This document shows positions 38,086 to 53,591 of a DNA stretch of 64,000 nt, piece after piece; positions within the stretch are counted from its first letter, which is position 1, and the number at the start of each line of letters is the position of its first letter. Source of the DNA: the human T2T-CHM13v2.0 reference genome, Homo sapiens. The stretch is from NCBI RefSeq assembly GCF_009914755.1, contig NC_060929.1; one strand, given 5' to 3'. The notes below the pieces were generated by a model. It had not been told where the DNA came from. It made no database searches and saw nothing but the letters and a program-made list of their open reading frames with translations. Both the position numbers and the translations under genes were made by a program.

Positions 38086-38200
38086 CCCCATCCCTTGAAA
38101 GATGTCGATAGGCTCCCCAACCCCCATCCCTTGAAAGATGTCAGATAGGCTCCTCAACCCCCATCCCTTGAAAGATGTCAGATAGGCTCCCCAACCCCCA
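38086..38200 (+). repeat. 37-bp minisatellite, ~3 copies
   Basis: Unit ccccatcccttgaaagatgtc(a)gataggctcc(c/t)caac at 38086, 38122 and 38159. Confidence 0.95.
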
Positions 38201-38849
38201 GACCTTCCTTAATTGAGCGGAGGTAGAGTTGTATTTATGGAGTGTGGAGTATGATTCAGAAAAGATTCAAGGGGCTGTTATACCCAGTACACCCCTGGGA
38301 TCTGAGCTCCCCTTCAACTTTGAGTTCCCGAGGTAAAACATCCTGTGTCTATTGGGAGAGAGATGAGATGGGGGAAGAGGGGAACTAGGATTTTTCTCTC
38401 CACAAACTTAAAGTTCCAATGAATTTGAGATGCACAGAAAAATGTTCTGATGCTTCAAAACAGTAGGTCTGCGAGATTGCTTAAGAGACCTCATCAGTCT
38501 CTTTCTACACAATGGGGACAAAATGTCTCCATCCCCAATAACAGAACTTGGCATATCCTGAAGCCTTCTGTGAAAAAGCCATTGTATTGTCAACTTCCAT
38601 GGTCTTTTTAAAAAATCATGTTTATTTTGCTCTTTAAGAAGGGGCAGAGTGCAACTATTTGCATATAACGTTTTACCCATCCCCCTTCTTGTTGAGTTCA
38701 TTCATTGCCTGATGGAGGTGCTGCTGGGATTAGGAAGAGTTTGCTGCTCTTTCTAGAGCACTGGGTCCCAAGTTCTTGGGCACTGCCAAACTAGAGCACA
38801 TTCTGCATGGGGAGGAGATGGGAAGCTACATTATTTAATTTATCTTTTC

Positions 38850-39420
38850 ATTGAAATCTGTTGAAAACTGCATGCTTGAAGCTGGAAATGGTGGTATATA
38901 CATAACTATGAAGAAGATTCAAGCACTGCCCCTGCCCTGAAGGTGTTTATAGACTTGTAAAACATGAACAGAAATGACAATTCTAGATAGAAAATGATAC
39001 TTGCCATAAACACAGTACAAATGAGGAGCGACTGCAGTTCAGAGGAGGGAAATACGATTTTGGCTGGACAGGGTCTGGAGAGAAGATTCTGTGAAGGAAT
39101 CTTAGAAGAGGCAGCATGTGAGTTGACCTGTGAAGAATGGCTGAGCCCAGCAGAGATGGGAAGTAAGGGGAAAGCGTTCCAGGCCACTGTGAGAGAAAGT
39201 ATGGATGGAGACTGGAATGTGCAGAGCGGGCATGGGGATCACAGGCATTCCATTCTGGAGCATAAGCTGGGTGAGAAAGGGGGGTTGGTGTCAGACAGTG
39301 AACAGTTTTAAGTGCCATGTTAAAAAAATGGGCCTTCTCAATAGGCAATGGAGAGCCACTAAAGGTTTTTTAGCATAGAAATAATGGAGATCAGAGCTGT
39401 GCTTTTAGATATTCCAGTAG
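38850..39420 (-). mobile_element. L2 fragment
   Basis: cctgccctgaaggtgtttatagacttg...gcatgtgagttgacctgtgaagaatg...ggcaatggagagccactaaaggttttt. Confidence 0.7.
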
Positions 39421-39864
39421 ATTTAAATCACACTCATGAGTAACTAATATGAACTCAAATAGGCTAGTGTTGAATGTGATTCTGGTGTTTAAAGATACAT
39501 ATTTTTCATACGACTCTACCCCTAAAACCAAGCAGATGACTTCATCTGGTGTTCAACCAAAAGAAAAGTAATCTGTTCCAAAAGTAGAGGAAAAACTAGC
39601 AGTGTTGAACTTACTGAGAAGCAGTGTCTGTAGATTCTACTTTATAGACAATATAAGGCATTTTCAAGGGTAATGTTGATTGTATGAGATTTTCTTCATA
39701 AACAATGACTTGAATACTTCAATACTTATACTTCACATAAGATTCAACTCCACCGCAATCTGGCAGCAGCAGATGTAGTAGGTTGAAAGTGGGAAATGAA
39801 CATGCCGATTGTACTATCAAGACAGTTCAGCAAGAGGTTAAAAGGGCCTGAATTAAGAAGGGAC

Positions 39865-40418
<554 letters not shown>

Positions 40419-40429
40419 GAAGGGACAAT

Positions 40430-41300
40430 GGAAATAGGAGGGGACAGGCAGAAAGAAAGTAGATGGAAATTGTGGAGAAAACAGGAGAGCTTAAAAACAA
40501 CTTGTAGATCTAGAACTTGGCTGATTGGGGTTAAGGTAATGTCCTCAACAAAATTAGGAATTCCAGAGAATAAATAGCTTTGGGAGGAAATTAGGTTTGT
40601 GGTATCATGAGTTTGAGGTGGCATCAGGATATTCAAATGGAGATGTTCAGCAGGAGCTTGAAATGGAATTATGGAGATAAGTCAGGGTTGAGCTGGAGAT
40701 GGAGGTTCGAGGTTATCTCTGTTAGAATAATAAATAAAACCGTGAAATCAGGTAAATTTGCCTAGGAAGAGAGGACAGTGAAAAGAAAAGTGGTCTAAGG
40801 ATACTACCTTAAGGAAGGCTGTTTTGTTTTGTTTTTATGGAGGCCAAAGAATAAAAGAGGAAATGATACAGAAGGTCAATTAGGGAAATGGGAAGATAAC
40901 CAGGAGACCTCTGCATCTGGGAGTCTAAGGAAGATGCCAAGGCAGAAGGAGGAGCAGCATCAATATTATATGCTACAGAGGGTAGAGAAGCCTACTGACT
41001 GATAAGGTCATTTCAAAGACATTACTGTCCTTCAAAGATAGATTCCTATAAAGCTGAGGAGAAAGAAGGCAGATAAATTACCATAGGGAGTGAGGAGAAA
41101 CTGGGGGTAGTGACCATGCACAATTCTTTCCATAAATTTGATGGTGACAGGAAAATGGGAGATGAGACTATCTTTTGGAGTAGATAAGCAATGTTGAATA
41201 GAGAGTAGAATGGGTGTATTTGTAAGCTGGAGCTAAGGGAAACCAGGAGATGGAGCAAAGTTCCTAAAAAGGGAGAAAAGGGGAGCAGGTGTCAAGGACA
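40430..41300 (-). mobile_element. L2 fragment
   Basis: ggatattcaaatggagatgttcagcaggagcttgaaat...gggttgagctggagatgga...atgctacagagggtag. Confidence 0.65.
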
Positions 41301-41650
41301 AAAACTATGAGATTAGCTTTGGAGTAGGCTTGGATAGGAGGGGATGCTGATACTTCTTCCTAGGAGAACAGAAACAAGAGAACGAGAGAGTGTACACAGT
41401 AGGGAAGACAAGAATTCAGAGATATAATAACTAATACTTATTTGACGAGTAAACTAACTTCCTCTTTGTAATTGTGAAGGGGAAACGAAGACTAATGATA
41501 ATTTGTAATCAGATTCTGACTCAAGGAAAGTTAGACAGAGAAATGCCTGTCAATGCAAGGGAATAAGCAGTTGTGATCCCCACTCCTGAAATTGTTCAAG
41601 TATAGGTGGGACATGCTGAACCCCATTGCATGTAAAGAGTAGGGCTTCCA

Positions 41651-41961
41651 GGCCGGATGCAGTGGCTCACACCTGTAATCCCAGCTCTTTGGGAGGCCAA
41701 CACAGGCGGATCACGAGGTCACCAGTTCGAGAGCAGCCTGACCAACATGGTGAAACCCCCGTCTCTACTAAAAATACAAAAATTAGCTGGGCGTGGTGGC
41801 ACACACCTATAATCCCAGATACTCAGGAGGCTGAGGCAGGAGAATCGCTTGAACCTGGGAGGCGGAGGTTGCAGTGAACCGAGCCGAGATCACGCTACTG
41901 CACTCCAGCCTGGGCAACAGAGTGAGACTCCGTCTCAAAAAAAAAAAAAAAAAAAAAAAAA
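41651..41961 (+). mobile_element. AluS
   Basis: Full dimer, long poly-A; TSD aaagagtagggcttc. Confidence 0.95.
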
Positions 41962-43740
41962 GAGTAGGGCTTCTTGCATTGAGGGAGTCTAGACTGGTTT
42001 TCTTATAATGTAAAATTCCATGAAATGATTTTTGTTGGTGGTAATTTAAATGTCTTACGATTTTTTTTCACCTCATTGTCTTGGATCTCTGCTATCAAGA
42101 AAGCTAAGATACTGCTTTGAACAAGAATGCAACTGGGTCAATATTATAAGAACGTTAGAAACATATGGACCAACTCGTCATGTCTTCTCAACACACCAAA
42201 GAATAAAGCCCCAAGTAGGTTTCAGGCTATAAGTAAAAGGTTTCACAATTAGAGCTTGCCAGCGTTTACCAAGTGTATAACTCTACATGACTACAAATCC
42301 TGTTATACTGTGGCTGCCTTAACATGATCTCTCCAAGAAAGCTTCTCCAAGTCCTCCTGCTTCAGCAGGGATTAAGCTCCTATGGAGAGGTGTGGGCAGG
42401 AGGTGGCAGGGGAATTTATCAAGATGAGGGAGCAGGTCTGGGAGAAGGAGGAAAACCTGCTTTGCAATCAGGCAATAGCCTGGTGCTTGGGTTCCTCTCC
42501 TTCCTGAGGCCTTGTCTTCTCTAAAGCCCAGTCTCTTCTCATCTGGTCCCTGGGATGAGAAGAGGCAGCAGCAGTCTTGGGAACATTTCTAGGTAAGTGG
42601 AAGCTGCCCTGGGCATGACTGGATGAGGCTGTGCACCAACACCATGCTGTGGGCACACTGGCATCACCTTTCTGCTGTTAGAGCAGTCTGGCCTCTCTGT
42701 GTATGGCTGCCAACTTCAGTGAATCTCTACATGGCAGAAACTCTATTCTGGGTCTGGTCTGTACCCTCTACTGGTGATAAACATCAGGTTAATTGAAGCA
42801 ATCTTGAGAAAAAACCCTGAACCTCTAGCACTAGGGAAACTGAAAACCTTGGAATTAGTTGGCCTGGTCCACTGTCTCTACCCCTGGGGTGCCCCAGCGA
42901 TCCTTGCCTACCCCAGCAGTCCACTGTGCTGAGGAAGCCTGTCCTCCAGCCCACAAGAGTACCCAAACTCTAAAATTGTCCCCTTCTCCATTGACTCTCT
43001 CAAGCTAAACAAAACGCTGATACCTCAGATTTTAGGTTGAAAGCAGTCTGGTTAAACTAATTCACACACACGTGAATAATCTTCTCAACCACGCCCAGAG
43101 TGTTTACATTGTAAAAGGAGAATGCTTTGAAATAATTCTTAAATTGGTGGGATTTCCTGAAGAAAGTGAATTTTGAGGGCATAGGGGGATTTCAGAACCC
43201 TATGGAGACTCAGGAAGTCTCAGTCCTTTGAGTCCTTGAGGATCATAAAAATTAGGGAGCCCTCAAAGTACATACTCCAAAGAATTTCCTGCCCTAAATC
43301 TATAAGCTCACCCCACTCTCCCACCGCTGTGACTCCAGAAATGCTCTCCCTATCCAAACTCCTGTGGCCTTCTGATCAATTACTGGACCAGCTCCTCTCT
43401 CAGGTCCTGGTTTGGGAGCCTCTCACCAGCCTCAATGGCCTGCCCCATAACGGACATCATTTGCTCAAGGAACTACAACATGAAGAACTCAGGAAGCATT
43501 GCAATGAATGATCTGTATCCTCATCTCTATATCCTCAGAGAAAAACATGGACAACCTGCAAGGAATTCTGTAGTTACCTAGCTCATCCCTGCATCCCATT
43601 CATATAGATGAGGATATGTAGGGTCGGCGAGTTTGTGGTGTTCATTCAGAAAAAGTAAAGGACCCACTGTGTGCTAGATATTGTCCTGCATGTGCCCTGG
43701 GATTCAGTGGTGTATGGGATGGAAAAGATCCCTGCTTTCA

Positions 43741-44187
<447 letters not shown>

Positions 44188-44599
44188 TTAAACAGGAGCT
44201 ATGATAGGGGAGAGTAGGCCCCTTAAGTGAACAGGTCAGACAAGGCCTCTATGCAGAGATGACATTTCAGCATGTAGGTAAAGAAGGAGCCAACTAGGCA
44301 AAAAGTGAGGGAAGGGTGGACAGGCAGAGGGAACAGTAAGGGCAAAAAGCCTAGGGAAACAGGGCTTCACCTTTTTAATACATTTTAATAAACTTCAAGT
44401 TTTTATTTAATTGAAATTTAAGCTCATTATAATAGTTTACTAGCAGTGATGGAACATGATGAAAAAGATCATGTCAGAGCCAAATCGTGCAGAATATGTA
44501 TAGACTACACATTTCACTGTGTGCATGAAGATGCCACAGGAAGACTTTCTGCAGGGCAAAGACATGATCCAGTTTACATTTTTAAAAGGTAAATCTATG

Positions 44600-45420
44600 T
44601 CTTCACAAGCTTTACCACTAGGTAACCTAAAAAGTAAAAACCAAGGACAGTTCCTCCCTCATACAAGTATCACTGCTAATAAATTAAGAATTGACAAAAT
44701 ATCCCTGTTTTGCAACCCTTAATGAATTAATAGATTTAAGTATTAGCATAATGGCTACGAACATTACAAAAGGACATAGAGCCAGACACATCATTTCTGA
44801 TGGAAGAAAACATTACCACCTACAGAGCCACCTTAGCAGTTTTTACATGAAGAAATGTTACATTAACCACAAAAAAAACCCTATATAACTCTACTAGACA
44901 AAACAATGTGGTTTCTTCATCAAATAAAATGCAAAGGGAAAAAGGGAAGTAAGCAAATGAGAAACCACCAAAAGAAAAACTCTGCATATTAAAAGAGACT
45001 CAAAGACATATCGACCAATGGCAATATGTGGACTTTGTTGAGATCCTGATTCAAACAAAGTAACTATAAAAAATTATGAATTGTGAAAATTACATATTAT
45101 ACAGTATTCAGAAATATACTTTTTGGATATTTCATGATGTTAAGAAATTATTAATATTTTTAGATGTGTTAATGGTCTTGTGGTTACATTTAAAGAAAAA
45201 GAATCCTGTATTTTAGAGATATATTAAAATATTTAGGGGTAAAATGACATGATGTCTGGGATTCATGTCAAAGTACTAGAGGAGGTGGGAAGACAGGGTT
45301 ATTGATGAAACAAACCGTAATGATGAATTGATAACTACTATAGCTCAGTGATAGGTATGTGGGAATTCATGCTACTCGCTGTCCAAGTGTATGTGTACAA
45401 ATCTTCAAAATCAACAAGTT
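44600..45420 (+). mobile_element. L1ME/L1MC 3' UTR fragment
   Basis: attaaaagagactcaaagacatatcgaccaatggcaatatgtggac...gatcctgattcaaaca...gacatgatgtctgggatt. Confidence 0.7.
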
Positions 45421-46283
45421 AAATCAAGATAATTATTCCTTCTGTGTAAAAACTGGGTTGAAGTGCCATAAAAGTAAGGCAAGGAAACCTGTTAAAGGCT
45501 ATTGCAGTGGTCCAGGTAAGAGGATGTTTGTGGCTTAGAACTTGGTGAAATCAATGGAGATGGTAAGAAATGGACTTGAGATGTATTTTTTAGGTAAAAC
45601 TGACCAGGATTCAGTGAATGATTGGATACAGGTAATGAGAGAAAGATAGGAATCAAGGATGACTACCAGTTTTTGGGTTGGTGTGGGGAAGGACCAAGTT
45701 TCGCAGAGGAAATCAAGTGTTCCATGTTGGATGTGTTAAATCTGAGATTCCTATTTGACATCTAAGGGGATGTCAATAGCAGTTGCATATATGCATCTTG
45801 GGTTCATGACAGACTCCAGAAAATGGTGATGATTTGGAACTTATTGGCATATAGATTATAGTTGATGTTGAAGGTCATGAGAACATATGAGGTCACCAAG
45901 GGAGAGAGTGAGTAATAATGCAGTCCCAGGACTTATCCTTGAGATCCTTAATTCTTTCAGGTTGGATAGAAATTACCTTCCACCAAAACCAACTTTAATT
46001 GCAGCTTACAGATTTCTGTAAATAGAATCATAAGAAAGAACATCCAGAGAAGAACAGAAAAACTGAAAACTGTATCATGTTTTAAGAAGGACAGTGGTAA
46101 CCTGTGTGGGATGCTGCTGAGAGTTTAAGAAAGCTGACAATGAAGAAGTGTCATCTGGCTTTGGAGATTACTAGGGACCTTGAGAGAATCAATGTCATTA
46201 AGTGGTGGTGATAGAAATTAGACGAGTGTGGATTGAATGGTGTGTAGGAAGTGAAAACACTGAGAGAGCATATGGAGATAACT

Positions 46284-46569
<286 letters not shown>

Positions 46570-48364
46570 GGAGGTAACTTTTGGGAAGTATGTTGCCCAA
46601 AGCCTTACTACTAGTAAACTATGAGAATGAGATCTTGAACCAAAGTCTCTACTTGTACTTCTGAGCTTTTCTTCCTTTACTATGTCCCTTCAGTCAAGCT
46701 AGTAGAAGCACCTCGGCAAGGATTAGAGAATCTGGGCTGTTAGCATGGTTGACCCCTCCTAAAACTGCTCACTGAAGTCTGTCCCATCATGGCCAGGTCT
46801 TCACCTTATTGTTCATGAAGTCAGCTACACTGCTTTAGACCCAGTGACTTACCACTAAAAAATAGTTGGGATGCAGTAGGTAATTTGGTTAGTCTATGTT
46901 TAAAACTGGCTAAGAAAAGAACTACTTGAAGACTATTTCCAGATTACATCTCACATACAGAAAAAACAAACAAAAACCCAACCTTCTCCAACTGCAAATA
47001 TAACTCAAGCAAAGAAAGCACCCCCGTGGTGTTTGTCTGTCTCATTAGTTACATTTACAGACTGCTTCACACCCAGCCTAGGCATCCTAATAACCCACAG
47101 TCATTTGGCATCAACATCTCCGACATTATCAGTGGGGATTTGATAATGATTTGAGATTCACTACTTTATGCAAGCATCATGTGATGCATCAAATACCCCT
47201 TCACTGTCTGATTAGATATTTTCGAGCCTAAAACTTAGTATCTGTGTCATTGTCAATATTCAGAGTATCTTTCAAAAATTTTTGCTCATTTGTTCTCCAA
47301 ATTTCTTTAAACTATATCACATTTTCTATGGAAAGGAAAATTAATCAGTGGAGATTAGAGATTTGGAAATCCAAGGAAGTTAAAAAAAAAAGTTTTGAGT
47401 CCTCCCAGGAGTACCTGCATATGGTCAATTTCCTGGAGAGGAAAACAAAAAAAGTATTTTAAATAGATGCATAAAAATAGATCTAGTAAAATTTGGAGAA
47501 CATGCTTAAATTAAATGAATTCCAAATGCCTGCCACTGTTATTTCTGGAGCTGTTTGGGCTAAAACAGCATCATTCCATTACTGTCTCTTAGCTAGAATG
47601 TTACGGCAGCTACCCAAAAGGGGCAAAAAAAAAAATGAGTATGATATGATGCCTCATATACTTAATAATAAAGGAGTCAGTTAACCTGGTATTGTATCAA
47701 GCTGAGGGGTGAAGGAAGGTCTGAGGCACAGGCTGGGAAAGCCACCTTCCTAGCCTTTGAGTTCATGAAGTGCCCATGGATGGACTGCTATGGTAGGGAT
47801 TTCCTACAGGGACAGGCTGAGGCATGAAGAATGGGCTCCTGCCTACTTTGATAAGACAGCTTCCCTCTCCCAGCCATCCTCAGTTGTTTTGCATGATTAT
47901 CACATGAGCTCAAACTTCCCCTTCTAAGCAAATCCTTTCAAATTGGCATCTCCAGCTACTCTTACCTGTGCTCCAGTTAATATTCTTTATGTGACAACCA
48001 GACACTCTTGCTAAGTTCTGTCATCACTATAAAACCATGTTTAAAGCAGAATTTGTCACCTTCCACCAAAAACCAACTTTAATTGCAGCTTACAAATTTG
48101 TGTAAATGGAATCATAGTTTCCAGTCTAATAAGTTTGGAGTCATTTTCAGTTCCCCTTCCTTCATCTTCTCTTCCAGTCATGTAGTCCTTTCGTCCCCAC
48201 TTGCTCTCCACTTTTACCGCTTAGCAGCACCTTTCCCAGGCCTTGTCACCTTACATTTTGGTTACTATAGCTCAATGATATGACTCCAAAGCATTCCATA
48301 TACTCTAGCCCAGCGATTTTTCTCCAAAGTACAGTTTTCTGTAATGTCATTCTACAAGTTATAT

Positions 48365-50415
48365 TTTATGTTTTATTAATGGATAATTCACATATCATAA
48401 AATTTACCTTTTAACATAATTTAGTGGTTTTTAGTATATTCACAGAGTTGTGCAGCCATCACCACTATCTTATTTAGAACATTTTCATCACCCCCAAACG
48501 AAATTCATACTCATTAGCAGTCACTCTGTATGTATCCCTCCTCCAGCCCTGGCAAACACAAGTCTACTTTGTGTCTCTGGATTTACCTATTCTGGACACA
48601 CCATATAAACAGAGTAAGACAATATGTGGCTCTTTGTATACGGCTTCTTTCACTTAGCCTGTTTTCAAGTTTTATCCATGTTGTATATGTATTAATGGTT
48701 CATTCCTTTTTATTGCCAAATAATATTCCATTATATGGGTTTACCATATTTTGTTTATCCATTCATCAATTGATGAATATTTTTGTTGTTTCCATTTTTC
48801 AACTATTATGAATAATGTTGCTATGAACATTTGTGAGCAAGTTTTTAATATGGACATATGTTTTCAATTCTCTCGGGTATATACCTAAGAATGGAATTGC
48901 TTGGTAATAGGGCAATTTTATCTTTAAGATTTTAAGGAACTACCAAATTACTATAATTTCCAAGATGGCTGCACCATTTCACATTCCCACTAGCCATGTA
49001 TGAGGGTTTCAATTTCTCTACATCTTTGCCAACACTTACTGTCTTTATTCTTGCTATGTGGCTTTGATTTGCATTACCCTAAAGATTGATAATGTTGAAC
49101 ATCTTTTCATGTGTTTGTAGGCCATTTGTATATCTTCTCTGGAGAAATGTTTATTCAAATCCTTTGCCCATTTTTAAATTGGGTTGTCTTTTTATTGTTT
49201 AATTTTAAGATTTCTTTATATACTCTGGAGATTAGACCTTTAGCTGATATAAATTTGCAAATATTCTCTCCCATTTTGTGAGCTGTCTTTTCCCTTTCTT
49301 GGTAGAGCCCTTTGAAACATCAAAATTTTAATTTAATGAAGTCCAATTTATCTATTTTTTCTTTTATTGCTTATGCTTTTGGTGCCATATTTAATAAATG
49401 ATTGCCTAATGCAAGGTCACAAAGATTTACTCCTATTGTTTTCCTCTAATAATTTTTTTAGTTTTAGCCCTTATGTTGAGGTCAATGATCCATTTTTTGT
49501 TAACTTATTATTGAAAAAAAAAGTATTCTTTCCTCCCACTGAATAATTTTTGTACCCTTGTCAAAAACCAATTAGCCATAAATATAAAGATTTATTTCTG
49601 GACTCTCAATTCTATTCCACTTATTTGTATGTCCATCCTTATGCTAATACTACACATCTTGGTTATTGGAGTTTCATACAAAGATTTAAAATCAGAACGT
49701 GTGTTGAGTCCTCCAACTTTGTTCTTCTTCAGGGTTGCTTGGGCTCTTCTGAGTCCCTTGCATTTCAAAGAATTTTAGGATCAGCTTGTTATTGTGCCAA
49801 GTAGACAGATGAAATTTTGATAGGCGTGCACGGAGTCTGTAGATCAGTTTGGGAATATCGACATTTTAATAATATTAGGTCTTCCAATCCATGAACATAG
49901 GTGTCTTTTCGTTTACTTAAGTTTGCTTTGATTCTTTTCAATGGCATTTTGTAGTTTTCCATGTATAAATCTTGTACTTCTCTTGTTAAATTTATTCCTA
50001 AGTATTTTATTCTTTTTTAATCTATTGTAAATGAAATGTTTTTCTTAATTACATTTTTAGATTGTTTATGAATGTACAGAATTGCAATTGATTTTTGCAC
50101 ATTGATCTTGTATCTTGCAATCTTGCTGAACTCATTTATTAGTTCTAACCTTTTGGTGTATTTCTTGGAATTTTCTATATACAAGATAATGTCATCTGCA
50201 AATAGAGATTTTTTTACTTCTTCTTTTACAATCTGGATGTTTTTATTTCTTTTTCTTATTTAGCTGTCCTAGCTAGCATCTCTAGTATAATGCTGAATAG
50301 AAATGGAAAGAGCAGACAACTTTGTCTTGTGCTGCTCTTGGCAGGGTGGAGGGGAGGCATTCAGTCTTTTACCATTAAAAATGATGTTAGCTGTAGGTTT
50401 TTTGTAGATTCCCCT
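48365..50415 (-). mobile_element. L1MB-like LINE, ~2 kb 3' portion
   Basis: T-rich antisense L1: gtatattcacagagttgtgcagccatcacc...gctgcaccatttcacattcccac...gtcatctgcaaatagaga...aatgatgttagctgtagg. Confidence 0.9.
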
Positions 50416-50589
50416 TTTTCTTCAATAAATTTTTATCCCTGACCACTTGAATGGAAAACACTTCTTCCATTTAAATGCAAGTCAAGGTGTCTTCTTACTA
50501 TCTTTCCCAAGCTCATTCCCACATTAATGTATCTTCCTGTTGCTCTTTCTCCTGCGTGGAGTGTCAGCTCCATTTGCCTGTCTAAATCC

Positions 50590-50803
50590 TTTTTTTTTTT
50601 TTCTAAAGACAGAGTGTTGCTCTGTCACCTAGGCTGGAGTGCAGTGGCACGATCATGGCCCACTGCAGCCTCAACTTTTCAGGCTCAAGCAATCCTCCCA
50701 CCTGAGCCTCCCCAATAGCTGAGACTACAGACGTGCACCACCATGCCTAGCTAATTTTTTATATATATTGTAGAGACAAGGTCTTGCAATGTTGCCCAGG
50801 GTG
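50590..50803 (-). mobile_element. 5'-truncated AluJ
   Basis: Right arm plus part of left arm; TSD tgcctgtctaaatc. Confidence 0.9.
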
Positions 50804-51155
50804 GTGCCTGTCTAAATCTTAACAATTCTTTGGTGCCTGTCTAAATCTTAACAACTTTTTAACTCTTGTCCTGACATTAACCTTTCTGTTCTCTGAAGTC
50901 CTTCAGCACTCTCACCTTGATAGCTCCATTAAAAGGTGAGCTGTATGATGCTCAGTTCAATTAATTAAAGAGAAAAACAGGGCTGGTATGACTGTATCAG
51001 TATTAGAAAATATTAGGGAACAATTCTTACTGAGTTGGTACATGACTACTGCCCCAAACCAGAGAGTGCCCACTCCCTCCTCAGGTTGCCCCATCCCCAT
51101 CTCTAAAAACCTCCAGACCTTTCCACAGTTTAGCAGCCATAAGACTAACACTTTG

Positions 51156-51517
<362 letters not shown>

Positions 51518-51803
51518 GACTAACATTTTGATTTTGCACAACCAAGGTTTCTAAAATCTTCCTCCATTGCTATGGCTAGTCCCCATTGACAAGTATTTTG
51601 AATATTATTCCTGGAGAAAAGAGGCCATATTTTTAAAATGAAGCCAGAGTCAAATAATAAATCTCTTTATCAAAGATACTCAATTACATTGTCCAATTAA
51701 ACTATCATCATGCTCTTACAGAATTTCCTAACAGAATTTGAATCAACATCCCCCAACTCCTTTACCACTCTCTGAATATGAAACCCATTTACTGTTATAC
51801 ATT

Positions 51804-52388
51804 CTTTTTTAAATTTCAGTAGCTTTAGAGGTACAAGTGATTTTTGGTTACATCGATAAACTGTATAATGTGGAGTCTGGACTTTTTAGTGTAGCCATCA
51901 CTCAAATAGTGTACACTGTAGCCAATAGGTAATTTTTTACCCCGTGTTCTTCTCCCACCCTCCCCCACTGAGTCTCCCATGTCCACTCTGCATGCCTCTG
52001 CATACCCATGCATGCAGCACTTTGCTGGCATCCCCACAGCTTATCTCCCATTTATAAGTGAGAATATGTGGTATTTGGCTTTCTATTCCCAGGTTACTTC
52101 CCTTAGGATAATAGACTCCAGTTCCATCCAAGTTGCTGCAAAGACAGTATTTCATTGTTTTTTTCCAATGGCTCAGTAGTATTCCATTATATCTACACAT
52201 ATATACACACACACCATGTTTTCTTTACCCACTCATCTGTTGATGCGCACTTAGGTTTATTCCATATCTTCATGATTGTGAATTGTGCTGTGACAAACAT
52301 ATGAATGCAGGTGTCTTATTTATATAATGACTTCTTTTTCTTTGAGTAGATATCCAGTATCTGGGTATTGCTGTATCAAATGGTCTGT
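51804..52388 (-). mobile_element. L1PB/L1MA-like 3' end
   Basis: catttataagtgagaatatg...ccttaggataatagactccagttccatccaagttgctgcaaaagaca...gtattccatt. Confidence 0.85.
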
Positions 52389-52409
52389 TACACATTCTTA
52401 ACAATACAT

Positions 52410-52565
52410 TTCATTTCTTTCCTTTCTTTCTTTCCTTTCACCTTCTTTCTTTCATTCCTTCTTCCTCCCTCCCTCTCGCCCTTCCCCCCTTCCTTTCTTC
52501 CTTCCTTCTTTCCTTCCTTCCTTCCTTCTTCCCTCCCTCCCTCCCTCTCTTCCTCTCTTTCTTCT
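52410..52565 (+). repeat. Polypyrimidine (TTCC/CCCT)n tract
   Basis: About 150 bp almost entirely C/T. Confidence 0.92.
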
Positions 52566-52719
52566 GTGTTTCATACCATTATCAATATTTTAGAATTTCA
52601 TATTCTAGAACTAACCAGGCTCTGAAATACTTGGCTTATTTTCCCAGTTATAAGGAATACACGATTTGAAGGCACCAGCAGCCTACTCTTGGCCCTTCAG
52701 AGCCTGTTATGTGGAAGCC

Positions 52720-53107
52720 TGCTATGGTTTGAATGAGGGTGTCCCCTTCACAATTCATATTGAAACTTAATCCCCAATGGAACAGCGTTAAGAGGTGTGG
52801 CCTTTGGGAAGGCTCCACTCTCATAAATGAGATTAATACCCTTACAAAAGGGCTTGAGGTTGAATGGAGTGCTCTTTTGCTCTTCTGCTTTTTTCACCAT
52901 ATGAGGATACAGTGTTCCTCCCCTCCAGAGGAGATAGCAACAGGGGTGCCAACTTGGAAGCAGAGAGCAGCCCTTACCAGCTACCAATCCTTCTAGCGCC
53001 TTGCTTTTGAACTTCCCAGCCTCCAGAACGCTAAGAAATAAAGTTCTGTTCTTTAAAAATCACCTAGTCTGTGGTATCCTGTTACAGCAGCACAAATGAA
53101 TGAAGAT
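52720..53107 (+). mobile_element. MaLR solo LTR (MSTC/MSTD-like)
   Basis: tgctatggtttgaat...gaaacttaatccccaat...cttcccagcctccagaac...aataaagttctgttcttt; 5-bp TSD aagcc. Confidence 0.88.
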
Positions 53108-53591
53108 AAAGCCTATGACATATGAGAAAGCTAGCCCAAACCTTTGTCCAAACTAATGAAAACTACTTATTTTTTTCATATCTAAATTATTAAGTTTTTG
53201 TTCTGTTTCTTCACATAGTTCATATCTCACCTTTTTCATTTGAAATTATTTTTCAAACACCTTCCACTACTGTCACTAGTGATAGAGAGGGAAATGTGTC
53301 ACATGGGAAATAAAAGCTAACCCTGAAATGCAAACAGCTACTATTTGGGATAATTTGGGAATTTGAAAAAACACAAAATGGATAACAATATTGGACTAAT
53401 TTATTTTATCTTTCTTAAGGTGGGAACCTCCTTCAAAAGTGGACATTTCTCTGGATTCTTGAGACAACTGCATTAAATTAATGCTTTTTCATATTCCATC
53501 CTTCCTTCATTAAAAAAATATTTATCACCCACTATGTGCCAAGTATCTTGTTGGGTACTAGAGATATAATAGCAATTAAAAAGAAGTCCAC

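Noticed and set aside
48530-50263. Hydrophobic ORFs resembling membrane peptides
   Set aside because: Translations of T-rich antisense L1 sequence
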